Shown: piece after piece, positions 1 through 11,800 of the stretch
Numbering within the stretch: the first letter of the stretch is position 1
Layout of the letters: the number at the start of each line of letters is the position of its first letter
Assembly: GCA_016748015.1 (NCBI GenBank)
Contig: JAAOMT010000727.1
Span: 344,203-408,202 of the forward strand
Source: Geosiphon pyriformis uo1
Taxonomy: Eukaryota > Fungi > Glomeromycota
Reading direction: 5' to 3'
Length of the DNA stretch: 64,000 nt
Translations under genes and position numbers: made by a program
The notes under the pieces: model-generated
What the model was told of the DNA's origin: nothing
Database searches by the model: none
What the model saw: only the letters and a program-made list of their open reading frames with translations

Positions 1-279
1 TCATTTACAATCCACCACCATGCATGATCTACACAATCCCTGAAAAGGAAGAACCAATCAGCAGTTGTGCATCAGAATTAGAATCGCCGATCAATCACGA
101 TTCAAACTTCGACAATGATGATGACAACAACGGTTCAAGCTCTGTTTAAAATTGCAATGACAATGACAATAATTCCAACTCAGATTCAAACTCTGATTTA
201 AACTACGAACAATACATTGCACTACCAGATCTCTCCAAGGAACAAGAGTTGAAATGGTATAATAACAATAGAGAAGGTA

Positions 280-680
280 TTATGCCAGAATGTGCGCATG
301 ATACTGATGCAGGGTTTGATCTGAGATACTCAGAAAAAGATGCCATCAAATTGGAACCACATTCACGCATCTGCATTGATCTGAAAATAGCACTAGAAAT
401 ACTGGCAACAACAATGGTTTAATTAGCATCTAGGAGTAGTTTAGCGAAAAAAGAGATTAATATAAGAGGAGGAATAATTGATGCGGGATATGTAAGAAAT
501 ATCATCGCCATGCTACAAAATAATTCAGAAAAAGCCTATATAATAGAGCCCAATGAAAAGATAGCACAGGCAATATTCCTGCCTCTGGTTAGAATAGCTC
601 AATTAGTATCAGTGAGAAATAGGAGGGAATTAGGAATAACAGTAAGAGGGATACAAGAATTTGGATCAATGGGTAGAATA
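280..680 (+). pseudogene. dUTPase domain of Gypsy pol
   Basis: All five dUTPase motifs: HDTDAGFDL, SRSSLA, GIIDAGY, EKIAQAIF, RGIQEFGSMG; in-frame stop near 420. Confidence 0.9.
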
Positions 681-1229
681 GATGTACTAGTTAATATGAC
701 TAAGGAAGAAATTGTTGGCCAAGGAGAAATTATCTCAACCGGTCAAGTTATTTCTATCCCACCATATAGCCAGTACATGCTAGCAATAGAAAGGAAAGAA
801 AAAGAGCAAAAACAAATTTTTGAAGCTGAAGCAAACCTTTGTGAATCAGAGAAGATTGGGTTGATCAATCTTTACATACCAGCCAAAAACTGTAGCAGCA
901 TAAAAATTCTCATCTACAACAACACTGGCAATATCATCAACATACTAGAAGGAACCACCATTAGATATTTAATTACAGAAATAGAAAACCAACCACCAAA
1001 TCTCATTCCAGACTTTCCACAACTTTGTGGATATGTTGACATTACATCACAAACAATCTATGGACGAGACGAATGTTATTTGCTTCAACCAGAACAATTG
1101 GAACAAATGAACATGGGAAACTTGGATCTACTCCAATATATGCAGCTTAAGATGTCACTCAACCAGTTCAATAACATCTTTGCCAGCGAAAATGAGTTTG
1201 GCTGAACCGACATCATCCAGTATCAGATC

Positions 1230-2507
1230 AAGACTGAAGATGCAATGCCAATTAAACAAAGAGTATACAGAGTGCCACCAGCCAGCCACGAAATTATTTG
1301 TCAAGAGATAAACCGAATGCTTAACAACAGACTAATTCAGCCATCAATGAGTCCATGGTCATCACTGGTGGTACTTGTGCGTAAGAAGAATGAAAAGATC
1401 CGATTTTGTGTGGACTACAGAAAACTCAATAGTGTAACTCGTGGAAACAGCTATTCAACTCCACAGATACAGGAATTATTTGATGCTTTTGGCAGAAACA
1501 AATGGTTCTCAATGTTAGACTTAGATAGCGGTTACTGGCAAGTAGCTATGGATTCAGCTGACAAAGAAAAAATGGCATTCACCACGAGAGAAAGGAATTT
1601 TGAATTTGAAATAATGCCATTCAGTTTAACCAATGCACCAGCCACCTTTCAATGGCTAATGGAAATCGTCTATACTGGCTTATTGTAAAAATCAGTAGTT
1701 GTATACTTGAACAACACCAACGTATTCTCAAAGACATTTGATGATCATCTTCATCATCTTCAACAAGTGTTCGAAAGATTAAGAAGAGCAGGATTAAAGT
1801 TAAATGCAACAAAATGCTTCTTTGGCAAGACAGAACTAAAATTCTTAGAACACATAGTCAGCAAAGACGGCATCAAAACTGATCTAGAGAAAATAGAGAT
1901 AGTAAAGAACTTTCTAGTGCTGATCAATATGACAGAACTGAAATCATTCTTGGGATTTGCCAGCTATTATCAACATTTTATCAAAAACTTTTCCAAGATA
2001 GCACAGCCACTTAACCAACTGCAAACCAAGAATACCAAATATGAATGGGCAGAAAGTCAACAAGAAGCTTTTGACATTTTGAAAGAAAAGCTCATTCAAG
2101 CTCCAATACTGATTTATTCAGATCACAGTAAACCATTCATCATCACCACCAATGCATCCGGCCAAGCATTAGGAGCAGTATTATCTCAGAAAGGACCAGA
2201 TGGCAGAGAACACCTAGTAGCATATGCCAGCAGAAGTTTAACACCAGCTGAAAAAAACTATGGAACACCAAAACAAAAACACTTAGCAATATACTGGGCA
2301 GTCATGAAATGGAAAGAATACTTAAGCCAGAAGTTTGAAGTGCACACAGATCACAAGGGATTAACATCACTCCAAAAACAAGAATTTGAAGATGGAAGAC
2401 AGTCAAGATAGAAAATGGTACTCGTACTATACAATTATACTATACATTACAAAAAAGGAAAAGACAACGGAAATGCTGACAGTTTGTCACAAATGAGACA
2501 AATCTAA
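1230..2507 (+). pseudogene. Gypsy reverse transcriptase + RNase H
   Basis: RFCVDYRKLN, LDLDSGYWQV, MPFSLTNAPATFQ, YLNN (decayed YLDD), TNAS(TDAS)..LGAVL, TDHK, NADSLSQMRQI-stop. Confidence 0.95.
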
Positions 2508-2569
2508 GAACATTTCAACCCAAAAATATAATAAAACCAGAATAATACCAACGAAAAATATAACAAAAG

Positions 2570-3952
2570 ATGAACATACAAAAATATTAACAACTACAAC
2601 ATTATATAAACACTCAACAGTTCAAGGAAAATTTATCTCAAACAGAACAAAAGAGTATCAAACAACAATTAAAATATTTTATCACTCACCAAAATATACT
2701 TTATCAGAAAAATAAAAAAGATCCAGATCAACCAATCAGAGTAATTACAGAACCAGAAAAAGAGACAATATTATTCAACATGCACTTAAATCCAACAGCA
2801 GGACATTTTCACAAAGAAGCAACCATGGAAAGAACCAGAAAGAGATACTATTGGCCATCAATATACCCAGACATCATTCAATATGTGCAAAATTGTGATG
2901 CTTGTTAGCAAAAAGGAGGAACAAGACCCAATGAACCATTAAGACCAATCAGAGTGAGATAACCATTTAACTGTATGGGAATTGATTTAGTCAGACCATT
3001 AACAATCACCAGCAGAGGAAACAGATACATAGCAGTAGCTATGGACTATCTCACTAAATGGCCAAAGGTGAAAGCAATTCAAAGAGCAGATGTAGAATCC
3101 GTTGCTGAATTTGTTCATCAGGATTTGATTTGTTGACATAGATGTCCAAAAGAATTATTATCAGACCAAAGAACTCATTTTGTGAACAGAACATTAACAG
3201 AATTAAGCCAAAGATTCAGAATCAAGAGACCATTATCATCACCATACCATTCACAAACCAACGGATTAGTAGAAAGATTCAACAGAACATTGTATGAAGC
3301 AATAGCTAAACTCAATCAAGAAAACCAGAATGATTGGGATTTGTTGATACCATCAGTACTATTTGCCTATTAGACAATGAAGCAAGATACTACACAAGCA
3401 ACACCATTTGAATTAGTATATAGTAGAACAGCAACACTACTTGTAGAAATGGAAATCAGCACATACCCAACTGAACCAATAAAAGAAGAGAATTTTAAAA
3501 ATATATTGTTAAGAAGAACATATGACTTAATGGAAACATTAGAAAACAAATGATGAAGAGCAGCTGATAATATACAAAAGTCACAATAGAAACAAAAAGA
3601 AAGACATGATAACCAACTACCAGATAAACCAGTTGAATTCAGGATTGAAAACAAAGTACTACTACATCGTACCAAAGCAGAAAAACAATGGAGTGGAAAA
3701 TTTGACCCCAAATAGGACGGACCATTTTACATAGAAGAAATTTTAGAAAATGGAGCTTACAAATTAAGATTGGATAACAAAATTTTAACCAAAGCAGTAC
3801 ATAGAGATTGACTAAAACCATACTACAACATCACATTACCATCTACCAGTAATATTTCACAATCAGGGGTACAGAGAATACTAGTCCGACCAGATGAGAT
3901 TCCATGAGATCTGGAACCAATCATTATTATCAACAACAACACGTTAAATTGA
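2570..3952 (+). pseudogene. Gypsy integrase encoded as a separate ORF
   Basis: Own ATG at 2570; HHCC finger (GHF..CDAC), GIDL, SDQ(G)THF, QTNGLVERFNRTL, C-terminal GPF module; frame differs from RT/RNase H. Confidence 0.9.
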
Positions 3953-3976
3953 TCCATTCAAAAAATATATAAAAAC

Positions 3977-4637
3977 ATGGTAGACATGACAGAAAATATC
4001 AGAAAAATAGAAATTACAGACAACATTCACTCACTAGCACAACAACTCTTTCAATTAATCCAACACCAGGAAATAGAGATTACAATCAATCAACAAACCA
4101 TTCGATATCAAGATACTAGAAAGACATTGCAACTCAGAACACCAAAGAAAACTGAAAAATACAGTGGACAAAATCATGGCAAAAGTAAAATTAGCAATAA
4201 AAGAGTTGACAAAAGAGTCACTATATCAAGAGTTGACTAATGAAACTTGAAATTGGTGGATACAACAATTTCCATGAAACTATTGTTATTTTTACTTGGG
4301 ACAACACATAAATATCCAGAATCTATATACGGATAAGACAAAGTGATTATTCTACAAAAGAATATTACAACAATTAGAACATTTTGTGGGAAAGAACAAC
4401 TTATCTACATAAGCCTGAGCCATCTACCGAATACACACAGCATTTCAGGATAGACCAGAGATATTGCTCAACAAAGCAATGGATATGCTTACCAGTAATC
4501 AATTGGAAAAAATCACCAATGCTCAATTTGAAAAATTACAGACCCAAATAACACAAGTAATTCTCAAAAATGTAATCCAAAAAATACTTCAAGAAGGGGA
4601 ATTACATGAGTTGGATTTTGATGGAGCTCAATATTAA
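3977..4637 (+). pseudogene. ORF3 of family A (unknown protein in the env position)
   Basis: ATG at 3977; frameshifted reading ends GKITNAQFEKLQTQITQVIL...LDFDGAQY-stop at the PPT; similar to ORF3 of families C and D. Confidence 0.65.
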
Positions 4638-4650
4638 AAAGAAAGAATAA

Positions 4651-5559
4651 TATTACTCATAGAAATATAGAAAATATATTAGTCTAATTATTAGCCAATC
4701 AGAAGTAGACATAATAAATGTGGAATTCCAGGATTCCTCTCAGGAATTGCAGGATTCCAAGAATTTCAGGATTCTCTGACGAGAAATTACAGGATTCCAG
4801 AATTCCAGGATTCTTCTCAAAGAAATTGCAGGATTCCAGGAATTCCAGGATTCCTGTCATGAAAAATTGAGGAATTGAAGAATCTCAATTATGTATATAT
4901 AGCAGTAGCATTAGAAACAGAAAAAAAAAGAATTGATACCACAGAATCCTTAGCCTAGAGATGTAATCATCAAATAAAAAAATTAATTATTTCATATTTC
5001 AAATTCACTTTCCACTATCAATCCTTCATATTGATAGTAATTGATACTTAACCATACTGGAACAATAGTTCTTGATCACGGCTATTGATAAGATACTAAT
5101 CTGCAAATCACTTTGGCTTATTTCTTTGCTTTCTTTATTTTCTTTTATTTCTTTTTCTTTATTTTATTTTGATTTGTTGTTGTATACTAATTGATTAAAG
5201 ATTAAACACTGAGTTATTGACATTAAAGATAGCCTGGTAAAAGACCCAGAAATAAGGGTAGGATTTTATATATTATCGAATAGCTTACCAGAAGAGCATG
5301 ACTGCCAGACTAAATCTGGCCACTACACTGAGAAAAAAATTGGGAAAACTCTTGGAAAAATACATCTACTATCAACACTATTGAATCTTTGTCCATTATA
5401 CAAAAGACTCCACCAAAACCTTCAAATCTACCAAAACCTTTAGATCTATCAAAACCTTCAGATACAACACCTTTAGAACACTATCAACTGCAATTAGCTT
5501 TGAGCACCAAGTTACGGGTTTGTTATTTAATTCAAGAGTAGAAATAATCATCTGTAATA
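4651..5559 (+). repeat. 3' LTR, family A (about 909 bp), preceded by a PPT at 4636-4650
   Basis: Matches 8044-8893 (reverse complement) and 59955-60700; decayed TG...CA termini (tattactc...tgtaata); CCAAT box, 9-bp CAGGA(A)TTC array at about 4720-4885, TATA near 4893. Confidence 0.9.
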
Positions 5560-8020
5560 GCATCAGTGTATATGGCCATGATCAGTTTTTCTTCAAGGAC
5601 TGCTCTATTGAATAATGATGTATCTGATGGTTCCTCGAGTTCGAATGGAAAGATGGCATCTAAAGATTCATTTTCAGTAATTGTAGCAGGTGGGATATTA
5701 TTGATAGGTGGTTGTTGTTGTTCGATTCCCTGATTGCTGGATGTGATGTCTTTTAGAATTACCAGAAGGCTTAAATAGTGTTGAGAATTCAGGTTTTGGG
5801 TGGGACCGGTGCCCAAATTCTGCTGACGAGATCTTAATTGTTGGTGGGAAGAGCTGGGGATCAGTTGATATACAACCATTACTGATCTCCAGTTTTGGAT
5901 GATCCTTGATCTTGGGTTCCTTAATGTTATTTGAGCTGGGTTTGCTGGTGGTGTTTGAATAGTGGGTGTTTAATAGATTGCTGGTGGCTGCAGTTGATAT
6001 ATTATTTGTGGCTGTGCCTGATAAATTGCTTGTGACAGCAGTTGATAAACTGGAGTTTGATAGACTGGTGGTTGATAAATTGGTTGGTGTGTCATAGACA
6101 GGTAAGTAGATTGGTATTGGTCTTGATTCAGGTGATGGTTTGAAGTCTGGAACCAGTGATCAGGGTTTCTATATTGATTTTCCGATTGTGGATTGCTATA
6201 AGTATGGCAGTTGGCTCTGATGAGCCCTTGTTTACCACAGTTGTGGCAGATGTGTGTTTCTGGCTACCATGACTGATTGGATGATGATAATAGATGTGAC
6301 TGATTTTGGAAATAATTTGCATTTCCCTGATTGTTACGCCACTGAGGAGATTAAAAAATTGTGCGATTGTCAGCTAAGTATCTCTCTAATTTCTGATTAA
6401 TTGAATTACTAAATTGCTTCAATTTGGAATCCAATTCAGATGATCCATTTATTGCTAGATTTACAGCTTAAACGTGATTAGCTTTTAGTTCAGCTGCTTC
6501 AAAATCTCTGGCATATGTGACTGTAATTGGAAGGTCTACTAGGTGCATTGGACATACTCATTGTAGGATACTACTGCACAATCCTCTAATAAATTGATTT
6601 AAAATCTGTGGCACTGTGAAATAATTGGCTTGAATGACTTGTATTTGGCATAGATTTCTATGGAAGCATCCCAAGTAGGTAGTGACTGTTTCAGTGTCTT
6701 CTTGTCTAATTATTGTAAAAATGTTGGCTAATTTGTTGATACTATTATTGTTGCTAAAGTACCACAAGAATTCAGTTTTGAATCCATTAAAATTTTGGGG
6801 TTTGACATCAAGACTTTGATACCATGCATCAGTGGTATCCTGGAGAAAGTAAGAGATTGCTTGCATCACTCTAGCATCATCCCAATTATTGGCTGTAATG
6901 GCTTTGGCTATGTCATTTAATCAGACTTGGGTGTCGTCTTCTTTACCATTGAATTTGTCGAGTTTTGCGATAGGTGCATAAGCCATTTGTTGTTGCTATA
7001 ATAGTGAAAGTTGTTGTTGTTGTTGAGGTGGTACTGGTGGCAGTTGTTGATTTTGTTGGTTCTGTGGTTGGATGGACTGGCCAATTGGTTCAATGGGTGG
7101 TTGATTGATGACAATAACTGAAGATAAGTATTGATTAATTACTTTGGGGTTTGGATTGTTCTGATTTGGTGGTGTTTGAATATTTGGAATGTTATTTTCC
7201 TGATTGTCTAAATTTGGCTGGGTTTGAAAGTTCAGAGTTTTACTTTCTGGGTTTTCTAGGATTGGGTTTTGGTAAGTAAATTCATGATTCTCAGATTCTT
7301 CTTCCTCTTCTACTTCTTGTTCTCCTTCTGATTCAGTAATTTCCCATGGATTTGCAGTTCCAAAATTTGGTTGAGGTGGTGGTGATCGAAATCTTGATGG
7401 CGTCGGTGATTGAGATTTAAATCCTTTAAAATACTTGCCATATAGTCCTAGTAAATTCTCTTTTCTTTGTTTAGTTTGAAATGGGAAATGTCTAAATATT
7501 GATGTCGTGTTTGATGTAGACACGTCTGTTGATGATATATTAATGGCATTTCCAGGAGTATAGTGGTAGGATGAGTTGTTTGGTGACTCAACTCTAGTTT
7601 TCTTCTAAGTGGGTGGTTGTATTCTTTGAAGTGTTACTGCTGATGTTTGTAGTTTTCCTTTGTCTTTACTTGTGTACATAATTGGGTATCTTTGCTGTGT
7701 GTAGTGTTCAATTTCTTTGTTGATCTCAGTAATGATGAATGCGAAATTATGATTTGTGGGTAGGCTGGTGTTTTGAATTAATTTGTTGTAAAAAGTTTCT
7801 CTCACTGATTCAATATTCACGGATGTTCCCAACAAATAGGCAATCTTTTCATTGACGTAGAAATTGAAAGCTGATTCTGCTAATATGTGATTATGGGTTA
7901 ATCTCAAATATTGACAGTAATGTTGAAATAATGATTTCATGAATTCTAGATGGTTTGCTCTAACGTTTTCTGATTCTGCCACTTTTGGATGGGGTTGTTG
8001 GTGCTGGTTCTCTGTAGAAT
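5560..8020 (-). pseudogene. gag (long N-terminal extension, capsid, CCHC knuckle)
   Basis: ORF fragments 7605-8042, 6996-7523, 6558-6869, 5532-5879. Confidence 0.8.
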
Positions 8021-8025
8021 TATAT

Positions 8026-8041
8026 CTCACAGGGAGCACCA
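8026..8041 (-). promoter_or_regulatory. Primer-binding site TGGTGCTCCCTGTGAG (probably tRNA-Ile UAU)
   Basis: 2 nt after the LTR end; complementary to a tRNA 3' end CTCACAGGGAGCA-CCA, close to eukaryotic tRNA-Ile(UAU) ends. Confidence 0.7.
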
Positions 8042-8043
8042 AA

Positions 8044-8893
8044 TGTTATGAATGATTATTTGGGATGTTAAATCAAATAACAAACCTGTAACTTGATGCT
8101 AAAAGTTATTTGCATTGATGTTATTGTATCTGAAGGTTTTGTATCTGAAGGTTTTGGTTTGAGTTCTTTGTATAATGAACAGAGATTTAATAGTTGTTTT
8201 ATCCGTAGCTTCCCAGAATCGCAATTCTATCAATTCTTCTCTTAGTATGATGGCTGGCAATCCTCTGGTAAGTATTCTGTATCTTCTGTATATGTCCTAC
8301 CCTTTTGCAGGGGTCTTTTACCAGGCAATCTTTGACATCAGTAATCTAGTGCTTTATTCAATCAATTAGTGCACAACAATAAAATCAAAAAAAATAAAAT
8401 AAAGAAAAGAAATAAAAGAAAATCATAAATAAGCTAAGATGATTTTGCAAGTCAGTATCCTGTCAATAGCTATGATCAAGAGTTATTGTTCCAGTGTGTT
8501 TAAGTATCAATTACTATCAACATGGAGTGTTTATAGTGGAATTAAGTTTGAGATACCAAATAGTTATTTATTGTGTTTGGAAGGTTGTCTAGATGAAATC
8601 TAAACTTGGAGGTCTGTCTTTTTAACTTCTAATCCTACTGCTATATATACATAATTGAGATTCCTCAATTCCTCAATTCTTTACAACAGGAATCCTGGGA
8701 TTCCTGGAATCTTATAATTTTTTTGAGAGGAATCCTGGAATTCTGGAATCCTGTGATTCCTTGTGAGAATCCTGTAATTCCTGGAATTTTGTAATTCCTG
8801 AAAGGAATTCTGGAATTCCACATTTTATTACATCTATTTCTGATTGGTTAATAACTATGCTAATATATATTTCTTATATTTCTATAAGTAACA
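8044..8893 (-). repeat. 5' LTR, family A (850 bp, TG...CA)
   Basis: Minus strand begins TGTTAC and ends CATAACA; homologous to 4651-5559. Confidence 0.9.
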
Positions 8894-11800
8894 TCAGTCA
8901 TATTCTTGTCATTTTTTATGAGAATATATTCCCAATTTTGTTTGAAAGCAATCTGAACTGGAGTCAAAGTAGTCATATTATTTTCCTCTAATGTCACATC
9001 AAAAAACTTTTGGGTTAAGTTATTATGAAGTAAAAAATTTGGATCTGAAATTGGGAAAAATCATTAGCATTGTCTACTTAAAATGTTAAGAGAAAGATGT
9101 TTATAAGACTATTAAAGCAACTCAAAATTTTTGAATTCATTCTAATTAATTGTAATTCTAGGAACATTAACTTTGATGTTTGACAATTCTTCATTCTCAT
9201 TTTACCTATGATTTTGTATTAGATTTTAAGTGAGAGACTTCAAAAGACTTCAGAGTTGATACCAATATTTTTCTGCTAAGAGTTAAGAAAAATTTAAAAG
9301 AGCAGTAAGATATAATTTTTGCTATTTTATCTTTATACTTTAACATGACTCTTGGTAGAGCAAAGACATGATTGCAATGTAAATAATAAAGCAATTACAG
9401 GTCTCTTCTACTGATAATACTGGTGTTATAGAACAAAAATCAATACTATGGCATGGATACAATGTAGAGAAATGATTTCCAATCTGATAAAAGTCATTAT
9501 GATAATTATGATAATTAAAGCAAAGATACATAAATCTTTACATAGTAGCTATATGACAATAAATAGTATTAAAGAAAACTTTATATTTAGCCTTAAATTT
9601 TTTAATAAAAGATCAAAAATTTTTTTCATTGATAAATTTGAAATTGTTCTTTTTACAATATATTTGAGCAATTTAAAATATATATTTTTTTCAAAAAAAG
9701 TAAATAAAACGTTTATTGATTTAAAGTATTTTTTTATAATTAAAAATCTATTTTTTCTATTGAAAATGTATTTTTTATCAAAAATTCTTTTAGATTATAC
9801 ATTTTTTATTATGTCAAAACAAAAAAAGCAAAACAAATACTGTTTTAAATATTAAAAATTTATTTTAATTACTATTGGTTTCTATTTAAAGTATTTACAA
9901 AAAAATCCAACCACATAATAAATTTTTAAAACATTTTTTATAAAAAATACATTAGTTTATAAATTTTATTAACTATTTAATAATGTATTTTTTTATTATT
10001 ATGTTTTTATTTATAAAGCCTCTATATTTTTAAGTATTTGATATCTTTAAAGTGCTTGTACTATATTTATAATATAATAATTTTAATACTATTTTTTAAT
10101 AAGCAAATTTTACAACAATAAAACTGCAAGTAAAATAGAAAATTAGTATTTTATTAATAATTTTAATTAAAAATTTTTAATTTAAAATTATAGCTTTTAA
10201 ATTATATTTTTTAAATTTACTATTTTATAGTAATTACAAATTAGTTTATTAATAATAATAATAATAAATTGAATTTATGAGTTTGTTTTAATAATAATGT
10301 TTTTTAAAAATATTCTCAATTTAAAAATATGTTTAAATTAATTATTAGATGATTTTATTCAATTTTTGATGTTTTTATTTATTTATTATTATTTGTGTAT
10401 ATATTTATTTATAATAATATAAAATATTTTATTATTTTGCATTGTTTTTGGTATTTTAACATTTTTGGAATTTTTTAAAATCATGTTATTTATAATACTA
10501 ATATCTATTTGGCTAATTTAATACTATTTATTTATTTTTTGCTATTTTTTATTTAAGTAACAATAAAAATTCAAAATCTATTGTAATATTTAATTAAGTT
10601 AAAAGTTAACTTTTGTGTTACTTTTTTGGTTAATATAATTCGTATTTTTTTGAATTGCCAATTTTTTTTGGCCAATATTAAAGTTAATATATTTTATTTT
10701 TATGTTGCTGTTTTAGTTTTTAATATTTTGGATGTTAGTAACTATTTAATAGTTTTTAAATTGGTTAAAAGATTTGATATTTTTTTATTAACCAATTAAT
10801 TGATAAAAATATTTTAAAGTAAAAAATATTTTATTATTGAAAAAATTGGATTATAAAAGTTTAATTCTTATATATTTAAATTTGTGCTGCTTTTAAAAGT
10901 GAGTTGTTTATAAAACTAATAATAAAATATATATAATATTATAAACATTATTTTTATTGTAAAAAATCTAAATAATTTTAATTTACTTAAGTTGTTTGTG
11001 TTTATTAATAAATTAGTTAAAAATTTGGTTTTTTTAATATATAAAGTAATAATATTTTTTTGCGAATTTAGATATAAGAATTGGATTTTTACAATAGTTA
11101 AATTCTAAATAATTGCTTTAACTTTAAAATACATATTATTGTTAAAATATATTGTTATTTACATAAATAGTCAGACTTTATTATATGTATATACTAAATT
11201 AAAATATGTCAAATCTGATTTTATAACACATATTGGATAAAAAATGTTAAATAGCCAAGATTATAAAAAATAAAAAAGTTTAAAAGTAATTTTAAAATAC
11301 TATATAATGAGATTATTAAATTTAAATACAGATTTTTTTCGAATTTAAATAAGATTTTTAATAATTAATTATATAATTATTTTTAATAATATGTAGTGTT
11401 TTATAAAATAAATATATGATTTTGCAATTTTACTTTTTGAAAATTTAATTATATTATTAAATATATTAAAAAAACTTTGAATTATGTTTTTATATCTTTT
11501 TTTAAAAAAAAATTATTATTAAAGAATATATTATTATCTAAATGTTTTTAACCAAAGTTTTTATTGTTAAATTATGTATTTTGTAAATATTATATAATAT
11601 TTAATTTAATAAATTAGCTTATATAATAATTATAAAAAGTTTTTTTAAAAATATAACTTGTTAAATTAGTAAAATAACATGAAATTTTTAGAAAACATAT
11701 TTTATTGTTATTAAATTTGTATAAAAATTACAATTTTTTGCAAAAATAAAATTTGATTGCTTAATATAAAATAATAATAATAAATTTATTAATATATAAT

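Larger units (their letters stand above)
1..5559 (+). mobile_element. Ty3/Gypsy LTR retrotransposon, family A, copy A1 (5' part outside the window), degenerate
   Basis: Order dUTPase-RT-RNase H-integrase-ORF3-PPT-LTR; many TGG>TAG/TGA and CAA>TAA stops. Confidence 0.95.
5560..8893 (-). mobile_element. Gypsy family A copy B: 5' LTR, PBS, gag and start of protease, cut by insertion of A1
   Basis: LTR 8893-8044; gag with ANNWDDAR..QAISYFL; CHNCGKQG(H)IRANC knuckle at about 6190-6260; reading stops at AIYTDA, the start of the protease. Confidence 0.9.

Noticed and set aside
1-4637. Alternative genetic code or readthrough to explain frequent stops
   Set aside because: Stops are of all three types, differ between sister copies and arise from single transitions; host genes use the standard code
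3977-4637. ORF3 as a retroviral env
   Set aside because: No signal peptide, furin site or transmembrane anchor visible
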